Below the pieces are notes generated by a model. It was not told the DNA's origin. It ran no database searches and saw only the letters and a list, made by a program, of their open reading frames with translations. This document shows, in pieces, positions 51,070 through 60,597 of a stretch of DNA of 64,000 nucleotides. The position numbers and the translations under genes were made by a program. Numbering within the stretch: position 1 is the stretch's first letter; each line of letters begins with the position of its first letter. The stretch lies in contig OZ242376.1 of assembly GCA_965209085.1 (NCBI GenBank), forward strand, positions 288,001-352,000. The letters are read 5' to 3'. Source of the stretch: Nitrosopumilaceae archaeon. Lineage in GTDB: Archaea; Thermoproteota; Nitrososphaeria; Nitrososphaerales; Nitrosopumilaceae.

Positions 51070-52191
51070 ATTGCCCATCGGAATTTCCCTGTACTCTAGT
51101 TTGTCTTTTTCAAGGGATTCTTTTAGATCGTCGGGAATGGATGGGGCAATCAGCATAAATCTGGAAAACTCTCCTGTCTTGTGTTCATAATCGGATTTGT
51201 ATCCGGCAAGCTGGCGTTTGTCTTTTTTTGACGCAGACGGATATTTTAATTCAATTCCCACGTGGGTTCCGTTTACATCGGTGCATAAAAGATCAAGTCT
51301 TCCGGTGTCAAGTGAATATTCTGTCGTCTTTAACAAAATCCCTTCTTCAATCAGCCAGACGTTGTTTTTTATATAATCCTGATAATCTTTTTCTTTTATT
51401 ACCGATCCGCCAAGCCTGTTCTGTAGCCAGTCCGGATTGTCAACATAGCTGAATATCCACTCCCATTCGGGATTTACATAATATGCGGAGATTTCTTTTT
51501 TGGTTGCGATTCCGGCACCGTCCAATTTTTTTAAAAATTCCTTGCAGGGTCCGATTGGTATGCCCGATGATACGATGAGATCAGCTTCAGCGTCCGGTGC
51601 AAGGCCGCCCCTTAGCAGTTTTATCAGCTGGCACTGCCAGTTTATCACGCGGGTCTGCGTGCTGTCAAATATGGCCGCAAGCGATTTCATCCTCTCAGCT
51701 GATTCATCGGATCCTATGATCTTTTCGAGTCTGCCCTTTAGGGAATCAAATTCGTCCCTTGTAACGCTCTTGTTTTTTATGTGACTGTCTGCGAATTTTT
51801 CAATTTCAGCTGACGCCATGCTTATCATCTCGGTCCTTGCCAGATTGAGATCTTCGACCGTATCCCGGCTTAATTTGGAAATTCTCTCCTCCATATTGTC
51901 CCTAAGGGCGGTAAAATCACCACAGAGTTTTGATACATCCTCCCTTACGATTCCAACTTCGGTGCTGCGGGGTATGGCATCCCTAAATTTTTCAAGATCC
52001 GTTGATACGTCCTGGAAATCTTTCTGCAGCCTCTCAACTTCGAATTTTATCTTTGGATCCGCCTTTACGTTCTTTTTTACGGAACGAATCTGTGCTGCGG
52101 CAACTCCTGCCGATATTATGACTGCAACAATTACAGCAGCGCCCAGCATTACCGTGTTGTCCTGAATCTGTAAAATGGCAGGATCAAACAT
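51061..52191 (-). CDS. Membrane-anchored coiled-coil protein with wHTH and C-terminal NucS/EndoMS-like nuclease domain
   Basis: TM at about aa 14-33; heptad region; EKDYQDYI...EY...GRLDLL...IELK...QL..Y. Confidence 0.82.
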   Translation of the reverse strand: MFDPAILQIQDNTVMLGAAVIVAVIISAGVAAAQIRSVKKNVKADPKIKFEVERLQKDFQDVSTDLEKFRDAIPRSTEVGIVREDVSKLCGDFTALRDNMEERISKLSRDTVEDLNLARTEMISMASAEIEKFADSHIKNKSVTRDEFDSLKGRLEKIIGSDESAERMKSLAAIFDSTQTRVINWQCQLIKLLRGGLAPDAEADLIVSSGIPIGPCKEFLKKLDGAGIATKKEISAYYVNPEWEWIFSYVDNPDWLQNRLGGSVIKEKDYQDYIKNNVWLIEEGILLKTTEYSLDTGRLDLLCTDVNGTHVGIELKYPSASKKDKRQLAGYKSDYEHKTGEFSRFMLIAPSIPDDLKESLEKDKLEYREIPMGNSG

Positions 52192-52210
52192 CGCATATGC
52201 ATGTGCAATC

Positions 52211-52975
52211 TTATGTATTAATCATAGCATCATCATCGTCAAAGCGAGAATATTTTGATATTACATCCTTCATGGGCGTGCGTTTGCCGCCCACTATTTT
52301 CAAATCGACGCTCAATTTTTTATCGTTTATGTTGATTATATTGTAGGAATTTGCAAACAGTCCCCTGACGCGTTCGGAAGTGGCGGTTCCGGCGTTTACT
52401 ATGGACAATCCTCCAAACTGCCACAGCCAGGGCCTGTGTTTGTGTCCGCACAAAACGGCGTTTACATCAGTATCCAGTATGGTACGGAGGGCATCTCCTG
52501 CATCCGTGATGGTGGCCTTGTCTGAACCCGTGTTTGGTATGCCGACTAGATGGTGGTGCATCGCAACTATCTTTACGCGGTTTTTGTATTTTTTCATGGT
52601 TTTCTCAAGCCATAAAGCCTGCCTGTATCCAATCTCCCCGTCGTTTCTGTCCGGTCTTGCAGTGCCCACCGTTACCACAACCACGTCCCTGCCGATTTCA
52701 TTTACGTGATCAAAGGGAAAATATTTTTTAAACAACAAATATCCTGTATTCCTGTAATCATGGTTTCCACTCATCGTGATTAGTTTTTTAGTTTTGAATT
52801 TGGAGACGAGTCTTTTGCATTCCTCGAATTCTTTTACCAGTCCCTCGTTGGTCAGATCACCGGTTATTACTATGGCGTCAGGTTTTATAACGTTCACCTC
52901 TTCAAGTAAAACATCAAAGACATCCGGCTGAAACTGTGAACCCACATGCATGTCCGAAAGGTGTACTATGATCAT
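52211..52975 (-). CDS. Calcineurin-like metallophosphoesterase (CpdA-like)
   Basis: SDMH, TGD, GNHD, HH and GHKH motifs. Confidence 0.94.
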   Translation of the reverse strand: MIIVHLSDMHVGSQFQPDVFDVLLEEVNVIKPDAIVITGDLTNEGLVKEFEECKRLVSKFKTKKLITMSGNHDYRNTGYLLFKKYFPFDHVNEIGRDVVVVTVGTARPDRNDGEIGYRQALWLEKTMKKYKNRVKIVAMHHHLVGIPNTGSDKATITDAGDALRTILDTDVNAVLCGHKHRPWLWQFGGLSIVNAGTATSERVRGLFANSYNIININDKKLSVDLKIVGGKRTPMKDVISKYSRFDDDDAMINT

Positions 52976-53072
52976 CTCAACTGCAATCTAACACGTACGT
53001 GTTAATAAATACGCCAGCGTAATGATATTACCGCCAACCGTTAAAATTGCGGCATGTCCAATCTATCGCATA

Positions 53073-54107
53073 TTGGGAAAAACCGCGGTTGTAATGAAAG
53101 GGGATGGAATAGGTCCAGAAGCTGTGGATTCGATGCTAAAGATACTCTCCGAGTGCGGTTTCTCCTCTGAGATTCTCGAGGCTGATGCCGGCTCTGAGCA
53201 GTGGGAAAAAAACGGCAGAAAAGATCCCACGTACATTCCGGATTCCACAATGGATGCACTCTCCTCAGCTGATGCATGCTTTAAGGGTCCGACAACCACA
53301 ATTCCCGCTCCAAATACGCCCCGCAGTGTGGCAGTTACACTGCGGCAAAAATTCGAGCTGTATTCAAACATCCGCCCGTGCAAAACCTTTGAGCGCCTCA
53401 CTCCTGGCCGTACGCTTGACTGCGTCTGTTTCAGGGAAGCCACAGAGGGGCTTTATTCGGGGGAAGAGGCGATGACTTCGCCGGATTCTGCCATTGCGGT
53501 GCGCAAAATAACCCGCAAAGGCTGCAAAAGGTTTGCACAAGCCTCCGCACGGTGGGCAGAGGAGCGCGGAATGAAAAAAATGGTTGCAATAACAAAGCGT
53601 AACATACTGAAAATGACCGACGGAATATTCTGGGAAGAGATGCAAAAGGCCGCAGAATCCGTACCAGGACTGGAATTGTCTGAAATTTACATAGACAACA
53701 TGGCGCAGCAAATGCTGGTAAACACAGAACAGTTTAACGGGGCAGTACTTGCAAGCACAAACCTGTTCATGGACATAATATCCGAGCTTGCCTCCGGACT
53801 GATAGGATCCATCGGGCTGATTTATTCTGCAAACATGGGTGAGAAATTTGCAATGTTTGAGGCAGCACACGGAAGTGCCCCGTCAATTGCAGGAAAGAAT
53901 ATTGCAAATCCTACGGCAACCGTGCTCTCGGGCGCGTGGATGGCCGAATACCTTGGGGAAAAACACGTACGCGATGCCATATTTGGGGCAACATGGGATG
54001 TCATAAACGAGGGAAAATACGTAACATCGGACATCGGGGGAGATGCCACCACGACGCAAATGGCCGGAGCAATATCCGAAATTGCCAAAAAAAATCTGAA
54101 AAAATAA
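53073..54107 (+). CDS. Isocitrate/isopropylmalate dehydrogenase family protein
   Basis: GDGIGPE, REATEGLY and FEAAHGSAP motifs. Confidence 0.95.
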   Translation: MGKTAVVMKGDGIGPEAVDSMLKILSECGFSSEILEADAGSEQWEKNGRKDPTYIPDSTMDALSSADACFKGPTTTIPAPNTPRSVAVTLRQKFELYSNIRPCKTFERLTPGRTLDCVCFREATEGLYSGEEAMTSPDSAIAVRKITRKGCKRFAQASARWAEERGMKKMVAITKRNILKMTDGIFWEEMQKAAESVPGLELSEIYIDNMAQQMLVNTEQFNGAVLASTNLFMDIISELASGLIGSIGLIYSANMGEKFAMFEAAHGSAPSIAGKNIANPTATVLSGAWMAEYLGEKHVRDAIFGATWDVINEGKYVTSDIGGDATTTQMAGAISEIAKKNLKK

Positions 54108-54111
54108 ACCC

Positions 54112-54630
54112 TTATGCGGTACAGCACACTAGGAGCAGCTCTTCAAAAAAGATTTTTTTCCTGAAAACAATCTCAGCCTTTGTGCCGCACTTTTGGGCCA
54201 CTGCAATGAGTGCCCCATAATTTGAGAGCGACGATGTGACAAAGTAAAACCTGCCGCCTTTGAGAAGATGCGGCACCGCAGAGCGTATTATTTTGGAGGG
54301 CACCTGTATGCCTTCGGGTCCGCCGTCGGTTGCCACATCATCTATTGTATCTGTTGCAAGATACGGCATGTTGCATACGATAACCTCAAAACCGCAACTT
54401 AGGGCACCTGCACCATCGCAGCAGATTAGCTTTCCTTTTCTGCTGCGCAGCACCTCTAAATTTACATCCGTACCGACAACAATTTTGAACTTTTTCTCCA
54501 AAACTTTGGTTATGTATCCGGGACCTGTTCCAATTTCCAGTGCAAGACTGCCGGATTCTTTGCGTATTCCATCCTCTAAAAAATAAGTGTCCTCTGCGGG
54601 AAGATACGGATCATTATGCGGCAGTGTCAA
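54112..54630 (-). CDS. HemK2/PrmC-like SAM methyltransferase
   Basis: Y.PAEDT, EIGTG, NMPY and DGG.EG motifs. Confidence 0.9.
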   Translation of the reverse strand: MTLPHNDPYLPAEDTYFLEDGIRKESGSLALEIGTGPGYITKVLEKKFKIVVGTDVNLEVLRSRKGKLICCDGAGALSCGFEVIVCNMPYLATDTIDDVATDGGPEGIQVPSKIIRSAVPHLLKGGRFYFVTSSLSNYGALIAVAQKCGTKAEIVFRKKIFFEELLLVCCTA

Positions 54631-55300
54631 CAGCCTCCATGATTTGCTCGCAGCTTAGATCGTCAAGCCTTGCATTTGATTTTATCTTGAATCCTGGTAT
54701 GTTTGAGAGGATTTTGCGCCTGTATGAAAATATCCTGTTTATTTCCCGTATCGTTTTGAGCGGAATGATGCGTTTTTGCTCCAGATACAGTATCGCAGAT
54801 TCCACACGGGGGGGTGGATCAAAGCTTTGGCGTGAAACGGACGATATTCTCTTCATATCAAAGGCACAGCATGCAAGAACAGAGACTGCCTTTCTTTGTC
54901 CGCCGGATTTGGCGTACAGTTTGCATGCAAATTCTTCCTGCACCATTATAACCGCCCTTGAGAATTTTTTTTGCATCAGCCACTCTATGGCCCTTCTGCT
55001 TTGAGAATACGGCAGACTTGATACAAACACATCAAAGTGTTCTTTTGATTTGAATCCGTCCCCGCATACGGGCCTGATGTTTGGATGTTTTTCCAAAACA
55101 GATACGGCTTTTGCATGCATTTTCATGTCCGTCTCGTACGTTGTCACACTTTTGCCCCCAAGCAGCAGGGTAATTGCACATTTGCCGGTTCCAATCTCCA
55201 AAACATCATCGTCTGCAGTAATGCGTGCAGTCTCTGCCATGAGATTTGCAACGGCTAGCGATCTTAGATAATGTCTTCCGGTATGGTGTCTCTGATTCAT
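54614..55300 (-). CDS. ksgA: 16S rRNA adenine dimethyltransferase KsgA/Dim1 (divergent)
   Basis: LEIGTG, SLPY, MVQ.E, F.PPPRVES and RRK motifs. Confidence 0.88.
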   Translation of the reverse strand: MNQRHHTGRHYLRSLAVANLMAETARITADDDVLEIGTGKCAITLLLGGKSVTTYETDMKMHAKAVSVLEKHPNIRPVCGDGFKSKEHFDVFVSSLPYSQSRRAIEWLMQKKFSRAVIMVQEEFACKLYAKSGGQRKAVSVLACCAFDMKRISSVSRQSFDPPPRVESAILYLEQKRIIPLKTIREINRIFSYRRKILSNIPGFKIKSNARLDDLSCEQIMEAVDTAA

Positions 55301-55863
55301 CTTTTTACAAACACATTGGTTTTGGTATCGTCTATAATCTCTTCTTTTATGCGGCTTGAAATATTTTTTGCAATGTTTCTAACGCTGGCCCTCTCTTCAA
55401 TGTCAGCATAACTGTCAAATTTCCTGTCATCTCTCTCCATGATGATGTTTTGTGACAGCTTTTCACTGATTCCAGGTATGGTTTTTAGCGAATGAATTCT
55501 GTATGTTAGGGGACCTGCGGTATTGATAAACTCGACAAACCTCTCTTCTTCTTTTGCAACAATGGTGTCAACTATGGGGGATATGGCGTCTGCTATGTCA
55601 TCTGGCGTTTTTTTATACTGTACGCGGCCGAGAACCGAGAGTATATTCAAGCGGTTTACGGCATCTATGGGTATTTTTGAACCGGCCTCAAACATCACAT
55701 TATCATATATTAAAATCTCCATAATGTTTAGAAATTTTTGTCCCAGTGCATACAATATGTCCCCTGATTTGTTTTTGATTATTACGGATTTTGCACGTCT
55801 TTTAATTCCAATTACATATGCAAACTTTTCATATTTTTTCCCCGGCGTGCCAAGCAACGGCAA
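55297..55863 (-). CDS. DUF655 putative RNA-binding protein
   Basis: FVEFIN.AGPLT.RIHSL..IPGI; conserved position between rpo4 and ksgA. Confidence 0.88.
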   Translation of the reverse strand: MPLLGTPGKKYEKFAYVIGIKRRAKSVIIKNKSGDILYALGQKFLNIMEILIYDNVMFEAGSKIPIDAVNRLNILSVLGRVQYKKTPDDIADAISPIVDTIVAKEEERFVEFINTAGPLTYRIHSLKTIPGISEKLSQNIIMERDDRKFDSYADIEERASVRNIAKNISSRIKEEIIDDTKTNVFVKR

Positions 55864-55880
55864 GAAAATCCCGGTTACCT

Positions 55881-56207
55881 CTATGCCTTTCCCGTTATGA
55901 TGGCGAGCATTTTTTCAAGAGTCTCTGCCAGTACAAGTTTTTTCCACCCGAATGTAAATGCGCGAAGCTCGGCCAACGTTGTGGGACCGATGTTTACAAT
56001 TTCCGCGGATTCCTCTTCACTGAGTTGGCATTCTTTTACGAGCCGCTGTCTTATTTTTTTTGCATCTTCTGGTTCAAGTTCGGAAAATTTTGTTACATAA
56101 TCAAACGTCCATCGTTGAAATTGATCCATCTCGTCAACGTTGTTTTTTGAGAGTATACCTTTTACTTCGGATATTGATATTGGTTGTTTTTTCTTTATCT
56201 CTTCCAT
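55881..56207 (-). CDS. rpo4: RNA polymerase subunit Rpo4 (F)
   Basis: ISISEVK..L and IVNI.P....ELR motifs; follows rpl21e. Confidence 0.92.
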   Translation of the reverse strand: MEEIKKKQPISISEVKGILSKNNVDEMDQFQRWTFDYVTKFSELEPEDAKKIRQRLVKECQLSEEESAEIVNIGPTTLAELRAFTFGWKKLVLAETLEKMLAIITGKA

Positions 56208-56208
56208 T

Positions 56209-56508
56209 TTATACACCGAACGGTTTTACGTGGTCAAATCTTGTAATAAGGGTCTTGCTTTTGTTTCCAAGTTTTATATCCAGTGTTAGAGTTCTTCTGC
56301 CTACCTGCTTTATAATTCCAACTTTGCCGTGGTATCTTCTGTGCGGAAGTCCCTTGTGCTGTCTTGGATCTATAATTACAAGAGCACGTTCGTTTTCTAC
56401 ATATCTTCGTAGCAGGAATGATACCCCCCTTGGAGCCTTTTTTGTCATAATTGATCTTGATTTGTGTCTGAATCCATGTGAGCGGCCAGACGGCTTTTTA
56501 GTAGTCAT
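56209..56508 (-). CDS. rpl21e: 50S ribosomal protein L21e
   Basis: KGLPHRRYHGKVG motif. Confidence 0.97.
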   Translation of the reverse strand: MTTKKPSGRSHGFRHKSRSIMTKKAPRGVSFLLRRYVENERALVIIDPRQHKGLPHRRYHGKVGIIKQVGRRTLTLDIKLGNKSKTLITRFDHVKPFGV

Positions 56509-56733
56509 AACGATCGTAGGCACGAACGCCCATATTTTAACACTTATGCAAAATACCCGTATGAAGTCACATCATGCCTAAAATCTACGCAATAAATGAA
56601 GATGTGGGCACAAAATAGCACAAGGTGTTGACCTCACAAATACTCTGCATTACGGACTCATTGTGCATGAATTTGCATCAAATATGACGCGGCAGCGTCT
56701 GCCGTGTGGGTATAAAAAATAAAAAAAATGTGA

Positions 56734-57966
56734 TTATTCTTTTGTATTGTCGGGAACTGTGTCGTTTAATTTTGTTGTTTCCGCAGCGTCTGTAATTTTT
56801 TCATCAGCTTTTGGAGTATCTGTTATCTCTTCAGTTTTTTCAGATTCTATATTTTTTGTTTCTGCAGCATCTGCAATTTTTTCATCAGCTTTTGGAGTAT
56901 CTGTTATCTCTTCAGTTTTTTCAGATTCTGTATTTTTTGTTTCCGTTTTTTCGACTATAGTCTTTTTGGGCGTGGCGACTTTTTTTGGCTTTTTTGCTCC
57001 TTCCGAATCAAGATCTACTACACCTGCTTCGCCTAGTGCAAAGATTACTTCTTCTTCCGGATGGTGCGGACTGTCGACCATGCGTGCAATTCGTTTTTTG
57101 CCGGATTTTTTAAAGTAAATCCTGTATGTACTTGTATGCGCGACAACGTTTCCTCCTACGGGTCTTGTGGGATCTCCAAAGAAAACGTCCGGTGATGCCA
57201 TTACCTGGTTTGTGGCAACGGCTGCACAGTTGTATGTCTCAGCTATTCTTGAAAGCATATGGACAAAGTGGTTTAGCTTTTGCTGTCTGGCTGAAAGTGT
57301 TCCTCTTCCAAGGTATTCTGCTCTGAAAAGTCCAACGGCTGAATCTACAACCAAGAGTTTGACGTTGTTTTCTTTTATTATGGGACCCGCTTCTTCTAAA
57401 ATGAGTGTTTGATGTGCACTGTTGTAGGCTCTAGCAACAACAATTTTGTCTAAAGCTTTTTCAGGATCCATTCCGTTTACTTTTGCAATGGATACAATTC
57501 TTTCTGGTCTGAAAGTGTTTTCAGTATCAATGTATAGCACAGTGCCATCTAGACCACCTTCCTCTTTTGATCGTTGTACCTGGACACATAGGGTGTGACA
57601 AAATTGTGTTTTACCGCATCCGTATTCTCCATATACTTCTGTAAGTGCCTGTGTTTCAACTCCTCCATCTAGGAGAGCATCAAGGCATTCGGTTCCGGTG
57701 GTAATTTTACCAATATCCTGTCTTCTTTTGTATACTTCTGTGGCACTCTCAAAACTTTTTTTGATGAGGCCTTCGGCTTCAAGATGTTCGCGTGACTTGT
57801 TTACGATTTTATCGGCCGTATCTCTTTCCATTCCAGTAATTTCTGCGATTTCAACAGGACCGCGCACGATTATATCCATAATACTGTGGACGCCTGCATT
57901 GCTTAGTTTTTTGGTCGTTACAGGACCCACGCCTTCGAGACTGTCTATTCTAATGTCTTCTGTCAT
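56734..57966 (-). CDS. radA: DNA repair and recombination protein RadA with repetitive C-terminal tail
   Basis: HhH domain, GEYGCGKTQ, YIDTE.TFRPER and TNQV motifs. Confidence 0.97.
   Translation of the reverse strand: MTEDIRIDSLEGVGPVTTKKLSNAGVHSIMDIIVRGPVEIAEITGMERDTADKIVNKSREHLEAEGLIKKSFESATEVYKRRQDIGKITTGTECLDALLDGGVETQALTEVYGEYGCGKTQFCHTLCVQVQRSKEEGGLDGTVLYIDTENTFRPERIVSIAKVNGMDPEKALDKIVVARAYNSAHQTLILEEAGPIIKENNVKLLVVDSAVGLFRAEYLGRGTLSARQQKLNHFVHMLSRIAETYNCAAVATNQVMASPDVFFGDPTRPVGGNVVAHTSTYRIYFKKSGKKRIARMVDSPHHPEEEVIFALGEAGVVDLDSEGAKKPKKVATPKKTIVEKTETKNTESEKTEEITDTPKADEKIADAAETKNIESEKTEEITDTPKADEKITDAAETTKLNDTVPDNTKE
56776..56944 (-). repeat. 81-bp (27-aa) tandem repeat, two copies, in the radA tail
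   Basis: ETKN(T/I)ESEKTEEITDTPKADEKI(A/T)DAA twice; units begin at 56776 and 56857. Confidence 0.93.
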
Positions 57967-58114
57967 TAGTACGGTATAGTACGGTACCTATAAAAGAGTT
58001 GTGCTTTTGCCACTGATCGGAACTAATTGCATGATCAAGATGTTAAACTCGATCGGGTGTTATGCTGTAAGATCATTCTAAATAATATATAAGATTCCGG
58101 TGATATTATCTGGC

Positions 58115-60055
58115 ATGAATAGATCATATTATTCTAAACCCATGGGACAATTTTTACAAGATGAGCATATACTTGGGAAATTAACTAAAAATCCTCAATT
58201 TTCATCTGATGGGGAACAAAGAAGTGCTTGGATGGAGCAAATTGATTTTCTAAAAAAAATTTTTAAAAATCTAAAATCTGGTCATATAATATTTGAATAT
58301 GTTATCCCACGAATGGGAAAACGAGCAGATGTGATTTTAATTTACTCTGGCCTTGTATTTATTATCGAATTTAAAATTGGTATGGAAAAATATGAAAAAT
58401 CTGCACTTGATCAAGTTTGGGATTATGCACTAGATTTAAAAAATTTCCAAAAAGAAAGTCATGCCATCCAACTTGTTCCTATATTGGTTGCAACTAACGC
58501 ATCTGACATTGATAACACATTTGAACAAGATGATGACGGTGTCTTCAAACCATTATGTTGTAACAAAAATACATTGCTAGATGTAATAAATCACATATGT
58601 ACAAATTACACTACCGATAATGTAAAACCAATAATATGGGAAGAATCTACATACATGCCCACTCCAACAATTATTGAATTAGCTCAGGCATTATACCGAG
58701 GTCATAGCGTTGAAGATATTTCACGACGTGATGCTGATGCAACTAATTTAACAAATACAACAGATGCAATAAATAATATAATTTCTACAACAAAAAAGAA
58801 AAAACTAAAATCAATTTGTTTTGTTACTGGCGTTCCTGGTGCTGGAAAAACACTTGTTGGCTTAAATGTAGCTAGCATTAGAGAAAAATTAGAACAATCA
58901 GAACATGCAGTTTTCTTATCTGGAAATGGCCCCCTTGTAGATGTTTTACAAGAAGCATTAGCTCAAGATCAAGTCTATAACTCTAAAGTGAAATTAAAAA
59001 TATCTGATGCTAGAAGATCTGTAAAGGTATTCATACAAAACATTCATCATTTTCGTGATGAATATCTGAGAGATAAATCTGCACCAGATGATCATATTGT
59101 CATATTTGATGAAGCACAACGTGCATGGGATAAAAAACACACTTCAAAATTTATGAAACAAAAAAGAGAAGTATTGGATTTTAACATGTCTGAGCCTGAA
59201 TTTCTTATTGATATAATGAATAGACATTCTGATTGGGCTGTTATTATTTGTCTAATTGGTAGTGGACAAGAAATCAATACTGGTGAAGCTGGATTATCAG
59301 AATGGTTTTCTGCATTAAATAATAAATTTCATAATTGGAATGTATATACATCTACAAATGAATCAATTAATAGCTCTATATTACAAAAAAATAATCATGA
59401 ATTTATAGATGCATTACATCTTAAAACAAGCATAAGATCCTATAGAAATAAACATGTTTCAGGTTATATTAATGCTATACTAGATCAAGATATTGATAAA
59501 GCATTAGAGTTATCTGCAGAATTAAAAACTAGAGAAAAACAATACCCAATAGTTTTAACACGTGATTTGAATACTGCTAAAAAATGGATGCGAGATCATG
59601 CTAAAGGTAGTAGAAGATATGGTCTTGTGGCTAGTTCTGGAGCATATCGCCTTAGACCATTTGGTATTTTTATAAACTCTGAAATTAATGCTAAAAACTG
59701 GTTTCTAAAAGATTCACTTGATGTTAGATCTTCATTTTATATGGAATATGTTGCAACTGAATTTCATGTACAAGGTTTAGAATTAGATTGGATTTGTGTT
59801 GGATGGGATGGTGATTTTAGATTTAGTGATGGTGAGTGGACATTTAATCAATTTAGAGGCTCTAAATGGATGAAAATAAATAAAAAATCAAACATGAACT
59901 ATCTGAAAAATGCGTACAGAGTTTTATTGACACGTGCTAGACAAGGTATGATTATATTCATTCCAAAAGGTGATGCATCTGATCATACTCGTGATCCAAA
60001 ATATTATGATGAAACGTATGAATATCTAAAAAAAGTGGGGATACAAGAAATATAA
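58115..60055 (+). CDS. Nuclease-DUF2075 (Schlafen group 3-like SF1 helicase) protein
   Basis: FEY...RADV...IEFK...QV.DY (nuclease); GVPGAGKT, FDEAQR, QGLELD and YRVLLTRAR motifs; AT-rich. Confidence 0.9.
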   Translation: MNRSYYSKPMGQFLQDEHILGKLTKNPQFSSDGEQRSAWMEQIDFLKKIFKNLKSGHIIFEYVIPRMGKRADVILIYSGLVFIIEFKIGMEKYEKSALDQVWDYALDLKNFQKESHAIQLVPILVATNASDIDNTFEQDDDGVFKPLCCNKNTLLDVINHICTNYTTDNVKPIIWEESTYMPTPTIIELAQALYRGHSVEDISRRDADATNLTNTTDAINNIISTTKKKKLKSICFVTGVPGAGKTLVGLNVASIREKLEQSEHAVFLSGNGPLVDVLQEALAQDQVYNSKVKLKISDARRSVKVFIQNIHHFRDEYLRDKSAPDDHIVIFDEAQRAWDKKHTSKFMKQKREVLDFNMSEPEFLIDIMNRHSDWAVIICLIGSGQEINTGEAGLSEWFSALNNKFHNWNVYTSTNESINSSILQKNNHEFIDALHLKTSIRSYRNKHVSGYINAILDQDIDKALELSAELKTREKQYPIVLTRDLNTAKKWMRDHAKGSRRYGLVASSGAYRLRPFGIFINSEINAKNWFLKDSLDVRSSFYMEYVATEFHVQGLELDWICVGWDGDFRFSDGEWTFNQFRGSKWMKINKKSNMNYLKNAYRVLLTRARQGMIIFIPKGDASDHTRDPKYYDETYEYLKKVGIQEI

Positions 60056-60095
60056 TTAAAAATTAAAAGAAAAATATTGTATGTATGTGGTTTGA

Positions 60096-60398
60096 TTATG
60101 GAATGACTTGGATTTCGCCGAATTTGCCCTTGCCGATCGAGATTTCGCCCTTGAATGATGACGTGTAGCCGTTTGTGATTTTGATCTTTGCCCCTTGGGA
60201 TATTTTTTCAATATCTTCTGCCCATAGGGTTATTTTGATCTCCTCATTTGCGCTGTCTTTCAAATATGCGTCGCAAACATCGATGGTGCCGCCAGTCTTT
60301 TTACTTACCGTGCGTGTTTCGCCCTTGCGGACGACTTCACCCTCGAGGTTGATACCGTTTCTCATGTTTTTGGCTTGGTCGATTGTGTGCATGCTCAT
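60096..60398 (-). CDS. ssb: Single-OB-fold ssDNA-binding protein
   Basis: IKITLW, NGY..F.G and GKFG motifs. Confidence 0.92.
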   Translation of the reverse strand: MSMHTIDQAKNMRNGINLEGEVVRKGETRTVSKKTGGTIDVCDAYLKDSANEEIKITLWAEDIEKISQGAKIKITNGYTSSFKGEISIGKGKFGEIQVIP

Positions 60399-60495
60399 GT
60401 ATGCCTATGCCAACATGGTAATTATTAAGTTTTCTTAATAAATGGGGCCTCGAACAGCCGCAATTGAAAAATACGGCTCATTCTGACCGTTATCT

Positions 60496-60595
60496 GCAGG
60501 GATATCGAAGCCTGGTCAACCGAGAAGGACTCAAGATCTATTAAGATATCCTTTCCCTTAGGGGTTCGTGGGTTCGAATCCCACTCCCTGCACCA
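60496..60595 (+). tRNA. tRNA-Leu(CAA) with 12-nt canonical intron (60536-60547)
   Basis: AAGGA-CTCAAG[ATCTATTAAGAT]A-TCCTT; long variable arm; CCA encoded. Confidence 0.93.
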
Positions 60596-60597
60596 AT

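Noticed and set aside
57200-57700. radA core looks more AT-rich, with AGA Arg codons (possible mosaic)
   Set aside because: It cannot be separated by eye from expression-linked codon bias.
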